Shown here piece after piece: positions 1-10,150 of a stretch of 64,000 nucleotides of DNA. This stretch comes from Candidatus Heimdallarchaeota archaeon. Lineage in GTDB: Archaea; Asgardarchaeota; Heimdallarchaeia; Heimdallarchaeales; Heimdallarchaeaceae. Position 1 is the stretch's first letter. Each line of letters starts with the position of its first letter. A program made the position numbers and the translations under genes. Location: positions 256,001 through 320,000 of the forward strand of contig JAUVXV010000001.1 of the NCBI GenBank assembly GCA_030603365.1, written 5' to 3'. Under the pieces are notes generated by a model that saw nothing but the letters and a program-made list of their open reading frames with translations, was not told where the DNA came from and did not search any database.

Positions 1-329
1 GAACCTGTTGTTATCAGTATCTTTTCCCAATCATCCGCTCCACTTATGATATCTAATCCATCTCTTCTATGAATCCTTTCTGCTAAAACTTTACGAAGAG
101 CTGGAGTACCAGCTGTTTGTCCATATTGAAATTCATTGATTACATTCTGAGAATCTGAATCGTAATAATCTGCCAGTTCTCTTAGGATTTTAGGAAATAT
201 TTTCGTTGGAAGATTACCTGGTAACCCTCCTGCTAGATAGTATTTTGTCTTATTTTTTAAAAGCCTTCTAATTTCGCTTTCTGGTATCTTTTGTGTCCAA
301 TTTGCTAAAATTTCTCTGATTGGATCCAT
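1..329 (-). CDS. PLP-dependent aminotransferase, class I/II (LysN/ARO8-like); runs off the left window edge
   Basis: Manual translation from ATG at 329: MDPIREILANWTQKIPESEIRRLL...LAGGLP...FQYGQTAGTPALRKVLAE...ILITTG, with the S-x-IR, AGG-x-P, QYG-x-x-x-G and ITTG motifs. Not in the ORF track. Confidence 0.8.
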   Translation of the reverse strand, partial: MDPIREILANWTQKIPESEIRRLLKNKTKYYLAGGLPGNLPTKIFPKILRELADYYDSDSQNVINEFQYGQTAGTPALRKVLAERIHRRDGLDIISGADDWEKILITTG

Positions 330-468
330 TATTTCACATCACTTTTATACATACTCAAGAACTGTGTTTTTCTAAATTAGTTTATCTAAAAAACTTTCTC
401 TACCACTATGTTAACTTGCAGTTTTAGCTTGCAGTTAGATTTTTCAAGTACCGAAACTTTAGGAAGCT

Positions 469-1641
469 ATGGAAAAAATTAGCATGGCAATTGTGGGTGG
501 AGGACCCGCTGGACTTCAAGCTGCTATATCAGTAGCAGAACAGGGATTTCAACCAACTGTTTTTGAAGAACATCCTAGAATTGGTACTCCAGTGCAATGT
601 GGGGAAGGGATGAGTATAAATGCTTTTCAAGATTTTTCCATTCCAACAAAGAATAATGAATTTTGTGTTAGAGAGCACAAGGGGTGCCAGTTGTTTTTCC
701 CCTCCAACAAAGTGATTTATGGTGACATTCATGCTTTCATGATTAAGAGAGATATTTTTGATCAATATTTAGCTAACAAAGCAATTGAAGCTGGGGCGGA
801 AATCAAAACCGCTACTAAAGTTCTAGATATTAAAAATATATCTGAAGGTTTAGTAGTTAAGACAAATGGAAAAGATAACACTACCTATTCTTCTGAATTT
901 CTGATTTTAGCTGAAGGAGCGAGAGCTAAGTTGGCTCAAACTCTTAATTTCCATCCTTCACAACCGTTAATCAAGGCTTTTGAATATAAGATTAAAGGTG
1001 AATGGGGAGAAGATCTTGAATTCTATTTTGATGCTCAAAAGTATCCTTTTGGATATTGCTGGGTTTTTCCAAGAAATAATGAAACAAATGTGGGGATAGT
1101 TACTACTGCTAATCAGATGAAAGCAAGATTAGACTCATTCCTCAAAGAAAAGAAGATTACAGGAAAAATAGTGAAGAAAATAGGTGGAGTAATTCCAATG
1201 AATGGACCTGTTGAAAAATTAGCTCTAAACAATATTGTTCTTGCTGGAGATACTGCTGGAATGGTCAATCCTATTTTCTATGGGGGGATAAGAATAGGGA
1301 TGACAAGCGGCAAATTTGCAGGAAAAGTGGGGGTTGAATATTTGAAAAACAAAGAAGAAAAAATTGAATATTCCACTCAACAATACACCCAATACCTCCA
1401 GAAATTTCAGTTTATGAAAAGTATTAATTTAAAATGTCATACCTTCTTCTATGGTAGATCCAACGAATTTCTCACCAAACTTGGCAAAGTCTTTGACAAA
1501 CAATTTGTAAATCAAATAGAAAAATGGGAGAAAGTAAAAACTTTTGGAAATCTTTTGAAAAAACCCTCTTTATTGAGGAATCCCCGAGGGTTGTTGTGGA
1601 TATATCTTGGTTTTAAGATTGCACGTGATTGGGGGTTCTAA
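469..1641 (+). CDS. Geranylgeranyl reductase family FAD-dependent oxidoreductase
   Basis: GGGPAG FAD motif, PVQCGEG, YCWVFP (YxWxFP) and GDTAG motifs. Confidence 0.85.
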   Translation: MEKISMAIVGGGPAGLQAAISVAEQGFQPTVFEEHPRIGTPVQCGEGMSINAFQDFSIPTKNNEFCVREHKGCQLFFPSNKVIYGDIHAFMIKRDIFDQYLANKAIEAGAEIKTATKVLDIKNISEGLVVKTNGKDNTTYSSEFLILAEGARAKLAQTLNFHPSQPLIKAFEYKIKGEWGEDLEFYFDAQKYPFGYCWVFPRNNETNVGIVTTANQMKARLDSFLKEKKITGKIVKKIGGVIPMNGPVEKLALNNIVLAGDTAGMVNPIFYGGIRIGMTSGKFAGKVGVEYLKNKEEKIEYSTQQYTQYLQKFQFMKSINLKCHTFFYGRSNEFLTKLGKVFDKQFVNQIEKWEKVKTFGNLLKKPSLLRNPRGLLWIYLGFKIARDWGF

Positions 1642-1687
1642 ACTAACGACAAACATAATAGTTAAATGTATGAGTTGAAAGGATTGT

Positions 1688-1888
1688 TTGTCTGAAATGA
1701 TTATTCCAGTAAGATGTTTTACCTGCGGAACTTTAATTGCTGATAAATGGGATGAATTCGTGAAGAGAATAGATGAAGGGGAAAACCCTCAGAAAACTCT
1801 TGATGATTTAAATGTAAAAAGATGGTGTTGTAGACGAATGCTAGTCTCTCATACAGATTTAATAGAAGATTTTCTACCCTTCACTTAA
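1688..1888 (+). CDS. rpoN: RNA polymerase subunit N (Rpo10)
   Basis: [11 protein letters not shown]...RWCCRRML signature. Confidence 0.97.
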   Translation: MSEMIIPVRCFTCGTLIADKWDEFVKRIDEGENPQKTLDDLNVKRWCCRRMLVSHTDLIEDFLPFT

Positions 1889-2004
1889 TTTCTACTAAAT
1901 AGTAGCTCAACTAACTGAACAGAAAGTTTTTAATTAAACCGTTTGAGGTCTTAATGCTTATAAAGCGGGAATAACGCAAATCATAAACAAACTGAGGATA
2001 CAAG

Positions 2005-2640
2005 ATGTCAGAGGAAGCAGAACAAACCACTGAAGAAGAAATACTGTTAATACCTCGAGATACCTACTTAGTATCAGGTATCCACATAGGAACAAGTGTT
2101 TGTACAAAGTTTATGGAACCTTTCAAATATCGAGTCAGAAATGATGGAATTTATGTTTTAGATGTAAATGCAACTGATGCAAGAATTAGAATTGCAGCTA
2201 AATTCTTGAGTCGTTTTGAAGCATCTAAAGTTGCTGTTTTTGCAACAAGACAATATGCTTCTGTCCCTAGTACAAAAATGGCTAGATTGGCAGGTTTCAA
2301 AGTAATTCCTGGAAGATTCATTCCTGGAACACTGACAAATCCTTCATTTGAGGGCTACATTGAACCTGATGTTGTTATTCTAACAGATCCAAGAGCAGAT
2401 AAGCAATCTTTGACTGAAGCTGCCTCAAGAGGAATTCCTATAGTCGCGTTATGTGATACAGATAATGCAACAAATAATGTAGATTTAGTTATACCAGTAA
2501 ATAACAAAGGTAGAAAGTCACTAGCTCAAGTTTATTATCTTCTTACAAGAGAAATTCTTAGGGCAAGAGGAGAGTTAGGAGAAACAGAAGATTTACCTGT
2601 TACTGTAGATGAATTTGCTTTCAAATTACTGAGGGAATAG
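2005..2640 (+). CDS. rps2: 30S ribosomal protein uS2
   Basis: GIHIGT, GRFIPGTLTN, DPRAD, DTDN and NNKGRKS motifs. Confidence 0.97.
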   Translation: MSEEAEQTTEEEILLIPRDTYLVSGIHIGTSVCTKFMEPFKYRVRNDGIYVLDVNATDARIRIAAKFLSRFEASKVAVFATRQYASVPSTKMARLAGFKVIPGRFIPGTLTNPSFEGYIEPDVVILTDPRADKQSLTEAASRGIPIVALCDTDNATNNVDLVIPVNNKGRKSLAQVYYLLTREILRARGELGETEDLPVTVDEFAFKLLRE

Positions 2641-2697
2641 TCCCTTTTTTCCTTACCTTTGAAAAAGATTTTTTATTCTTGTATTCTATTTGTGTTT

Positions 2698-3669
2698 ATG
2701 GGCGCCGATTCCATAGTATTTTCAGCTCCAGGAAAAGTTATTCTCTTTGGAGAACATTCTGTAGTTTATGGACATCCAGCGATTGCTACAGCCATTAATC
2801 TTAGAGCAAAATGTGAAGTGACAAAATCATCAGATAAGTTTCCATCGCTTTCAACTCCTGACTTGTTTCCTGATCATATATTTACAATTACTGAGAAATC
2901 TGAGGTTCCAATTGAATTAGAACCATTTAAGCATCTTTTCTTGATTTTAAGTGAAAGTCAGAAAAAGATTATCTGTCCTAAGGTGAAACTAACATCTGCA
3001 ATTCCTCCTTCTTCAGGTTTGGGTTCAAGTGCAGCTACAGCTGTTTCATTGACAGCTAGTCTAATGAAATTTTACAATAACGATTATAACCTTGAGAAAA
3101 TTCGAGATATTGCTTTTGAATCTGAAAAGTTAATTCATGGTTTTCCATCAGGAATAGATAATACTATCTCAACCTTTGGTGGAGGAATAATTTATGAAAG
3201 AGGACAGATGGCACCTCTGACTTCCAAGATCTCCTCTTCCTTTCTTGTAATTATTAACAGTCTTGTACCTAGAAGTACAAAGGAACTTGTTGAAAAGGTT
3301 CAAAAGAAAAGAGAAAATGAACCAAAAAATGTACAAGCTATTTTTAATCAAATTGAAGCCATAACTTGGGAGGCAAAGAAACAAATAGAATCAGGGGATT
3401 CTGTGGAAATTGGTCGTTTGATGAACGAGAACCATAAATTGCTTGAAAAACTAGAAGTAGGGCATCCAATCTTAAGTAAGATAGTTGGTATTATTGATCA
3501 GACTAAGACTTTGGGAAGAAAGTTAACTGGCGCAGGTGGTGGTGGTTGCATAATTGCTTTATTTGATGAATTTTCAACTGCCAAGGAAGTAACTAAACTC
3601 ATTGAGAAAAAAGGATTTCGTGCTTATATCTCAAATATATTTGAAACTGGTGTTAAAAATGAACAATGA
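2698..3669 (+). CDS. mvk: Mevalonate kinase
   Basis: APGKVILFGEHSVVYG, PPSSGLGSSAA, SGID and KLTGAGGGG GHMP motifs. ATG 2698 preferred over TTG 2659. Confidence 0.93.
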   Translation: MGADSIVFSAPGKVILFGEHSVVYGHPAIATAINLRAKCEVTKSSDKFPSLSTPDLFPDHIFTITEKSEVPIELEPFKHLFLILSESQKKIICPKVKLTSAIPPSSGLGSSAATAVSLTASLMKFYNNDYNLEKIRDIAFESEKLIHGFPSGIDNTISTFGGGIIYERGQMAPLTSKISSSFLVIINSLVPRSTKELVEKVQKKRENEPKNVQAIFNQIEAITWEAKKQIESGDSVEIGRLMNENHKLLEKLEVGHPILSKIVGIIDQTKTLGRKLTGAGGGGCIIALFDEFSTAKEVTKLIEKKGFRAYISNIFETGVKNEQ

Positions 3670-4465
3670 ACAAATTGATATTATAAAAATTGGTGGATCA
3701 ATTATTACAGATAAAGGCAATTATCGTACTCTGAGAAAAGATCAATTGTCACTATTAAGCAAAGAACTAGCCAAATGGGATAGAAATTGTATAATTGTTC
3801 ATGGAGCCGGTTCCTTTGGTCATACTATCGCAAATCAATATTCAATTCATAAGGGATTCACTGACTTGGATCAACTTGAGGGTTTATTACAAATTCGTAA
3901 GGATATGCTTGATTTAGCAGAAATTGTAACATCAAACTTAATTCAGAATGGTATGAAAGCTATAAGTTTTCAAACTAGTGCTATAGTTTACGAGAAAAAA
4001 GATGGATCTTATTCCTTCTTCTTTGACCCAGTGAAAAAAGCATTATCTCTAGATTTATGTCCAGTTTTATCGGGAGACATTCTATTTTCTGAAGATAAAG
4101 GTTTTAGAATTTATAGTGGTGATGCTCTCATAAATTTGATAGTTCAGAATTTTAATGTTGCTAGAGTTATTTTCATTTCAGATGTAGATGGGTTATATCT
4201 AAAGGATGCAGAAACACAAGAGAATAAGTTAGTCGATTTCATAACCTCAAAAGACTTCGAAATCACAGATATTAGCAAATTAGAACAAAAGGATTCGAAT
4301 GATGTAACTGGTGGAATGAAAGGAAAAATTTCTGCAATCATCTCAATATTAGATTATGTAACTAAAGTGGTTCTTGTAAATGGTTTTCATCCAGAGAGAT
4401 TAGCTTTAATTCGTGAAGGAGAAAAATTCATTGGTACATCAATATTAAATGAAAATTCTACTTAA
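3659..4465 (+). CDS. ipk: Isopentenyl phosphate kinase
   Basis: KIGGSIITDK, HGAGSFGH, SGD and DVTGGM-x-GK motifs. ATG 3659 overlaps the mvk stop. Confidence 0.92.
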   Translation: MNNEQIDIIKIGGSIITDKGNYRTLRKDQLSLLSKELAKWDRNCIIVHGAGSFGHTIANQYSIHKGFTDLDQLEGLLQIRKDMLDLAEIVTSNLIQNGMKAISFQTSAIVYEKKDGSYSFFFDPVKKALSLDLCPVLSGDILFSEDKGFRIYSGDALINLIVQNFNVARVIFISDVDGLYLKDAETQENKLVDFITSKDFEITDISKLEQKDSNDVTGGMKGKISAIISILDYVTKVVLVNGFHPERLALIREGEKFIGTSILNENST

Positions 4466-4501
4466 AGATAAGTCTTTTAAACTAAACAAGATTTTGTTCT
4501 A

Positions 4502-4537
4502 TACCTAATGAAGGCATTATTTTAGGTGCCCGAGGTG
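4502..4537 (+). promoter_or_regulatory. Kink-turn in the rpl7ae 5' leader that sequesters the Shine-Dalgarno (L7Ae autoregulation element)
   Basis: UACC-UAAU-GAA-GGCA...UGCC-CGA-GGUG: C-stem, bulge, tandem GA/AG pairs and NC-stem. The GAGGUGA SD overlaps the 3' strand. Confidence 0.7.
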
Positions 4538-4541
4538 AAGA

Positions 4542-4904
4542 ATGATGTATAAAAAATTCGACATTCCTGAAGAAGTTGTTAAAGAATCTTTAAGTGTTTT
4601 GGAAACTTCTGCCAAATCTGGTAGAATAAGAAAAGGAACAAACGAGGTTACTAAAGTTATTGAAAGAAAAATAGCTCAGCTTGTTTATATTGCTGAAGAT
4701 GTTAATCCTCCAGAAATAGTAATGCATTTACCCCTTCTCTGTGAAGAGCAAGATATAGCTTACACTTTTGTCTCAACAAAAGAAGAATTAGGAAAAGCTG
4801 CAGGTTTGAAAGTTGGTTCAGCATCAATTGCTATTGTAGATGGTGGAGAAGCTAAACAAGCACTAAAAGGTCTAAGTAAAAAACTAATAGAACTTAAGAA
4901 ATAA
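4542..4904 (+). CDS. rpl7ae: 50S ribosomal protein L7Ae (eL8)
   Basis: [23 protein letters not shown] and ELGKAAG motifs. Confidence 0.97.
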   Translation: MMYKKFDIPEEVVKESLSVLETSAKSGRIRKGTNEVTKVIERKIAQLVYIAEDVNPPEIVMHLPLLCEEQDIAYTFVSTKEELGKAAGLKVGSASIAIVDGGEAKQALKGLSKKLIELKK

Positions 4905-4918
4905 GCTTGGTGATAAAC

Positions 4919-5140
4919 ATGAGCGGAAGAGATGAAGATGGCGCTACTCCTGCAGAAGTCATTCAAGTATTAGATAGAACTGGCAGTGTAGGTGAAGTAA
5001 TCCAAGCTAGAGTGAAAGTGCTAGACGGTAGAGATAAGAATCGTATCTTAACTCGAAACCTGAAAGGACCCGTAAGAAAAGGAGATGTAATTATGCTCCG
5101 AGAAACAGAAAGAGAAGCCAAGAAAATACGAAGAAGGTAA
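4919..5140 (+). CDS. rps28e: 30S ribosomal protein eS28
   Basis: [10 protein letters not shown]...[22 protein letters not shown] 4919 follows a GGTGA SD. Confidence 0.97.
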   Translation: MSGRDEDGATPAEVIQVLDRTGSVGEVIQARVKVLDGRDKNRILTRNLKGPVRKGDVIMLRETEREAKKIRRR

Positions 5141-5150
5141 GTGATTAACA

Positions 5151-5339
5151 ATGCCAAGAACACAAAAATGCTCATACTGTGGAAAAGATATAGAACCTGG
5201 TTGTGGGATGCTATTCGTTCAAAAAACAGGTTCAATACTATATTTCTGTTCGAATAAGTGTAAAAAATCTCAATTAGTCCTAAAAAGAGATCCTAAAAAA
5301 CTCAAATGGACAGAGAGATACGAAAGAAAAATTATGTAA
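5151..5339 (+). CDS. rpl24e: 50S ribosomal protein eL24
   Basis: CSYCG..IEPG.G...FCSNKC...KWT motif. Confidence 0.96.
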   Translation: MPRTQKCSYCGKDIEPGCGMLFVQKTGSILYFCSNKCKKSQLVLKRDPKKLKWTERYERKIM

Positions 5340-5467
5340 TTTTTCTAATCTCTTTTACTTTCCTTTATTTTATTTTAAGAATTCTAAAGTTTTAATTGTC
5401 TCTGAAAGAAGTTTTGTGGCTATAACAATTAATTTTTATTTCAATAAACAAGAATCATTCAGAAACA

Positions 5468-5929
5468 ATGGTGATAAGTTTGGAACGAGAGTTTATTATG
5501 ATTAAACCCGATGGGGTACAAAGAGGGCTTGTTGGACAAGTTATTGAAAGGGTTGAAAATGTAGGATTTAAGATTATAGGTCTGAAAATGATTAAGGTTA
5601 CAGTAGAACAAGCTGAAGAACATTATGCAATACATAAAGGTAAGCCGTTCTATGAAGGTCTTTTAGAATACATCACATGCGGACCTGTAGTTGTAATGGT
5701 TGTAGAAGGAAAAGACACTGTAAAAATAACTAGAAAAATAGTAGGTGCAACAAATCCAGCTGAAGCAGAACCCGGGTCAATACGTGGAGATTACGCATTA
5801 GAGATAGGTAGAAATATCATCCATGCTGGAGACTCACCAGAAAATGCAATCGTGGAATATAAAATTTATTTTGATGAAGAAGAATTTACTTACTATAAGA
5901 AAATAGACGAAGAATGGTTGTATGAATAA
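5468..5929 (+). CDS. ndk: Nucleoside diphosphate kinase
   Basis: IKPDGVQRGLVG, GSIRGD and NIIHAGD (catalytic His) motifs. Confidence 0.97.
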   Translation: MVISLEREFIMIKPDGVQRGLVGQVIERVENVGFKIIGLKMIKVTVEQAEEHYAIHKGKPFYEGLLEYITCGPVVVMVVEGKDTVKITRKIVGATNPAEAEPGSIRGDYALEIGRNIIHAGDSPENAIVEYKIYFDEEEFTYYKKIDEEWLYE

Positions 5930-6077
5930 AATCTTCTTCTCCATTTTATTACTTTCCTTTTAGTTTTCAGAAAATTTCTGTTAGACCAATTTCTTTTTAT
6001 TTATTTTATTTAGCTAGATTTGTAGGAGATTACAGCTTCAAGCGTAATATTTAATCAACTTCAACTAGGTGATTAGA

Positions 6078-7886
6078 ATGTCAAAAGTATTAGATGAAAA
6101 ATCAGGTAAAAGACTGAGAAGTCCAATAGTGGTTATCCTTGGACATGTTGATTCAGGAAAGACTAGTTTATTGGATAAAGTGAGAGGCACAGCCGTTCAA
6201 GCAAGAGAGGCTGCAGGGATTACTCAACATGTTGGTGCTTCTTTCTTTCCAACAGAAACCATTTTAGATGTTTGTGATAAGTTAGTTGAAGTTACTAAAA
6301 TTAAATTGAGTATACCTGGTTTGTTAATAGTAGATACACCAGGTCACGCTGTTTTTACAAATCTGCGAAAAAGAGGAGCTTCTGTTGCGGATATAGCTAT
6401 ACTTGTAGTCGACTTGACTCGGGGATTTCAGGCCCAGACGTATGAAAGTATGGATATTTTACGAGCACGTAAAGTTCCCTTTATTGTAGCAGCAAATAAA
6501 ATTGATCGTATATCTGCATGGAAAGGAATACCTAACTCAATATTTATCGAAAGTTATCAGAAACAAAATCCTAAAGCAAGTGCGGATCTCGACAATCGTA
6601 TTTATGAGATTATGGGTGAATTAATCGAATTAGGTTTTGAAGCTGATAGATATGACCGAGTAAAAGACTTTAGCAAAAAAATAGCCATCATACCCACTAG
6701 TGCAAAAACAGGAGAAGGTATACCTGACCTGTTCATGGTTCTAGCAGGTCTTACTCAACAATTTATGATGGAGAAACTCGAATATAGTGAGGGACCTGCG
6801 AGCGGTACTGTTCTTGAAGTTAAAGAAGCTGAGGGTTTAGGGACAACAGCTGATGTTATCATTTACGATGGTATCATTACAAAAAATGATAGAATTGTCA
6901 TTGGAGGTAGAGATGGAGCTGCTCTCCTAAAGGTTAAGGCTTTACTTGTGCCAAAAGATTTAGATGAAATGAGAGATCCACGTGATAAATTCAAAAATGT
7001 GGATGCTGTTTATGCATCAGCTGGTGTAAAACTTAGTTCTCCAGGTCTTGAAATAGCTTTAGCAGGTGCACCTTTAAAAGTTGTACTCCCTGGTCAAGAG
7101 GACCAAATTATGGCCGAGGTTAACTCTGAACTGGAAGGTTTTAGAATTGAGACTAAAGATAATGGAGTTACAGTTAAAGTTGATACTTTGGGCAGTCTTG
7201 AAGCTATAGTTGATATGTTAAGAGAGAGAAATATCCCCATTCATAAAGCAGATGTTGGAGATGTTAACAAACTAGATGCAATCGGTACTGCTATTGTTGC
7301 AGACAAAGCACCCGAATTTGGTGCGATATTGTGCTTTAATGTAGCAATCTCACCAGATGCTCAAGAAGAGATCGAGGTTAGTGACTTAAAAGTCTTTGAA
7401 GATAAAGTTATTTACAATCTCATTGATGATTTTGAAAGATGGATGATAGATCAAAAAGAAGCTATTAAAGTAGATTCTCTTAAAGATCTGAGAATGCCTG
7501 CTAAAATCACTTTACTGCCAAACCATACTTTTCGTTCTAGTAAACCTGCGATTGTAGGTGTAGAGGTTCTTGGAGGAAAAATAATTCCTGGTCAGATGTT
7601 AATAAATGAAAATAATAAACGAGTAGGTAGAATTCGTCAAATTCAAGATAATCAAGAAACAGTTCAAATTGCCGGAAAGGGCAAGCAGGTTGCTATCTCG
7701 ATTAGAGGCCCAACTGTAGGGAGACAAATAAGAGAAGAGGATGTCTTATATGTAGACATTCCAGAAAAACATGCTGTATTATTAATGAAAAAATATCGTG
7801 ATATGATTACCAATGATGATGCCACAATCCTTGAAGAACTAGCCAAAATAAAGCAGGAACATGTTAGTAAATTCTGGGGCTGGTAA
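6078..7886 (+). CDS. infB: Translation initiation factor aIF5B/IF-2
   Basis: RSPIVVILGHVDSGKT, DTPGH and NKID motifs. ATG 6078 follows a GGTGA SD. Confidence 0.97.
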   Translation: MSKVLDEKSGKRLRSPIVVILGHVDSGKTSLLDKVRGTAVQAREAAGITQHVGASFFPTETILDVCDKLVEVTKIKLSIPGLLIVDTPGHAVFTNLRKRGASVADIAILVVDLTRGFQAQTYESMDILRARKVPFIVAANKIDRISAWKGIPNSIFIESYQKQNPKASADLDNRIYEIMGELIELGFEADRYDRVKDFSKKIAIIPTSAKTGEGIPDLFMVLAGLTQQFMMEKLEYSEGPASGTVLEVKEAEGLGTTADVIIYDGIITKNDRIVIGGRDGAALLKVKALLVPKDLDEMRDPRDKFKNVDAVYASAGVKLSSPGLEIALAGAPLKVVLPGQEDQIMAEVNSELEGFRIETKDNGVTVKVDTLGSLEAIVDMLRERNIPIHKADVGDVNKLDAIGTAIVADKAPEFGAILCFNVAISPDAQEEIEVSDLKVFEDKVIYNLIDDFERWMIDQKEAIKVDSLKDLRMPAKITLLPNHTFRSSKPAIVGVEVLGGKIIPGQMLINENNKRVGRIRQIQDNQETVQIAGKGKQVAISIRGPTVGRQIREEDVLYVDIPEKHAVLLMKKYRDMITNDDATILEELAKIKQEHVSKFWGW

Positions 7887-7930
7887 ATTTTCGAGATAAC
7901 TTTATATATTTATAAAACGAATTTATCTTT

Positions 7931-7993
7931 AGCTGAGCTTATGTTTTTCAACCTGCTCAGCCAGTTCCTGAGTAACCTGGGAGGGTTACATTT
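7931..7993 (+). ncRNA. Candidate small structured RNA (two hairpins)
   Basis: GC-rich island between convergent infB and tiaS. Stems GCTGAGC(7932-38)/GCTCAGC(7955-61) and GTAACCT-GGGA-GGGTTAC(7972-89). TATA-like TTTATATATTTATAAA at 7901-7916. Confidence 0.45.
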
Positions 7994-9357
7994 CAAACCT
8001 TAGAGTACTCTTTCCACCATTCTTCAATCATTTCAAAACCAGTTTTCATTTGCATATCATATCTTCTGAATGGTTTGACAAGATGTCTTTGAGCTTGTTC
8101 TGGGGGAATGATGAGTTTCTTCTCAAGATTCCTTTCAATAACCTTTTGTGTTTTTATCATGGCTTTATCTTTATAACCACATTTCTTACATTTGTACCCT
8201 TTCTGATATCCATCACTTGTCATCCTTTTCGAACATTGAGGACAGAATGGTGCTTCTTCTATATAGTGTTGTGAAAGAAAAATTAATTCACATTTTTCTA
8301 GATGAATGGAATGTTTCTTGAATTCTTTTTTAAATTTGACTCCGCCATAAGCCATTAGTATATCTTCAGAAAGTAACTGGTTTATTATTTTCTTAAAACT
8401 CTTACTTGGTTCAAAAGCGGCTACATCTACTTCTTTACCACTATCACAGATCTGACCCTTGAAGAAAACATGACCTCCATGAATTGTAATTGGTTTTTCA
8501 ATGACTTCAATCTTACCCTTAAACACACCATAATTTTCAGCAAGTGAATCAGCAAATTTGAAATGTTGATCTGTTCCTTGATTTGTTCGGAATATGCAAT
8601 AACCATCAATTGGTTCTTCTGTTTCAACAAGTGAAAAAGCTTCTAAAACAACACTTGGTGTTTCTCCTCTTAATCCAAATAAAACTGGATCTTTGCCTGC
8701 TGGGTAAATAAGGACTTTATTTGTTTCCGAATCAATGTTGTTGAATACATTTGGAGCTAAGAGTTGGTCCATTTTATATACTGATTTTTCACTTATTTTT
8801 CTTTTAGTTCCAATGAATTCTTCTGTTCTATAAGCGATTAACTCAAATGTAAAGTCTTCCTTTTTTGGCTCTAGTTGGTTTCCTACTGCAGCTAAGCCTC
8901 CAATTAGCCCCCTACCATTTCCTATTGAGTGATAAAACAGACAAAATTTTTCTGCTAATTTTTCTGCTTCTTTTATTGATATATTTTTTACTAAAGCTTG
9001 TATTGCAAATTCTTGAACTTTCTTTGGAATATCTCCTTCGATTAGAACTATACCTGGATTAGTGTTCTCATCCTTTTGATGGTGTTTTTCGATTTGCTTC
9101 AAGATTTCTTGTTTAATAAATTCAATATTCTCTCTTTCTGTTTCAATAGTTATACCTATGGAGCCATTTCCTCTGGTTTTCCAAGGAATATTAGGGTTAT
9201 TTCGAATTAATCTTGGATAATCTAGAAATTTACATCTATTTGAAATGTTTTTTATTATAGCTAGGGCTAAATATGTTGTACAACCTCCATTTAGAGAGTC
9301 TGTATCATCAAAGCCAATATGAATAATTGATTCTTTCTTATGCTCCAATTTGGACAA
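7993..9357 (-). CDS. tiaS: tRNA(Ile2) agmatidine synthetase
   Basis: GFDDTDS..GGCTT, PNIPWKTRGN, GRGLIG, TNQGTD, a C-terminal Zn ribbon and RHLVKP. Confidence 0.93.
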   Translation of the reverse strand: MSKLEHKKESIIHIGFDDTDSLNGGCTTYLALAIIKNISNRCKFLDYPRLIRNNPNIPWKTRGNGSIGITIETERENIEFIKQEILKQIEKHHQKDENTNPGIVLIEGDIPKKVQEFAIQALVKNISIKEAEKLAEKFCLFYHSIGNGRGLIGGLAAVGNQLEPKKEDFTFELIAYRTEEFIGTKRKISEKSVYKMDQLLAPNVFNNIDSETNKVLIYPAGKDPVLFGLRGETPSVVLEAFSLVETEEPIDGYCIFRTNQGTDQHFKFADSLAENYGVFKGKIEVIEKPITIHGGHVFFKGQICDSGKEVDVAAFEPSKSFKKIINQLLSEDILMAYGGVKFKKEFKKHSIHLEKCELIFLSQHYIEEAPFCPQCSKRMTSDGYQKGYKCKKCGYKDKAMIKTQKVIERNLEKKLIIPPEQAQRHLVKPFRRYDMQMKTGFEMIEEWWKEYSKV

Positions 9358-9386
9358 ATAAAAATAAAAAGTGTAAATTTAAGGGA

Positions 9387-10118
9387 TTAGATTGAGTACC
9401 AAACTTCTCCTCTGCTGTCTATCTCTGCTTTGATTAATTCTGTCTGTTCAGAAAGGTGCTCTAACCTATCTCCTAAATCTCCTCTCCACAACCTCATTCT
9501 TCTAGCAAATTCTGTCAAAGAAACCTTGTTCTCAGGTGTGTTTATCATTACTTTAAAGATACTTCGAATAATTATTCTGTCATTATAATCAAAAACTGTT
9601 TTTTCTACAATGTCGTTGAATCGGGAAAAAGCTTCATTTATCTCTTGAACAAATTTCTTCCTTTGTTGATTTAGCTTTGTTATCTCTTCAGCCTTTTCTT
9701 TGACAAGTTCACGGATTTCTATTAGTTCTTTTGTTACTTGACTACGCAATTGTTTTTGTTTCTTTACTTGTACTTTCTTTAGCTTGGTTGTAACTTCACC
9801 TGTAGGAACATACTTAACATCAAAAGTATTCTGACCAACATCAATGATTAGTGAAAAAGCTTGATTTAATTTTGCATACTTTCTTGTTGGTCCCTTATCA
9901 CTATCCCGTTCAACCATAGAAACGATTCCTATATTTTCGAGCTCAGACAAATATTTAGCAATAATTCTGGGGGAAATATCTAGGAGACGAGATAGTTGGA
10001 AGGAGTAAAGATCTTCTTCAGCCAATAATTCAAGAATTCGTCTTCTTGTTGAATTTGATAAGAATTCCAACAATTCAAAAACATCCAAATCTTCGTTTTG
10101 GTCACTTCTTCCTAACAT
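9387..10118 (-). CDS. ArsR-type wHTH heat-shock regulator (Phr/HSR1-like)
   Basis: N-terminal L.N.TRRRILELL wHTH with GPTRKY wing, then a coiled coil. Last gene of the hsp20-cdc48 operon, as for Archaeoglobus HSR1. Confidence 0.8.
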   Translation of the reverse strand: MLGRSDQNEDLDVFELLEFLSNSTRRRILELLAEEDLYSFQLSRLLDISPRIIAKYLSELENIGIVSMVERDSDKGPTRKYAKLNQAFSLIIDVGQNTFDVKYVPTGEVTTKLKKVQVKKQKQLRSQVTKELIEIRELVKEKAEEITKLNQQRKKFVQEINEAFSRFNDIVEKTVFDYNDRIIIRSIFKVMINTPENKVSLTEFARRMRLWRGDLGDRLEHLSEQTELIKAEIDSRGEVWYSI

Positions 10119-10150
10119 TTCTTACACCTTCTAGATTAAGGAATGGAGGA

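Noticed and set aside
7931-7990. Hammerhead ribozyme or group II intron domain V interpretation of the hairpins
   Set aside because: No CUGANGA/GAAA core in the right geometry; too short for domain V; no intron context.
7939-7995. UGA readthrough/SECIS after tiaS (UGA stop followed by hairpins)
   Set aside because: TiaS is already complete, the extension is short and meaningless with further stops, and there is no SECIS consensus.
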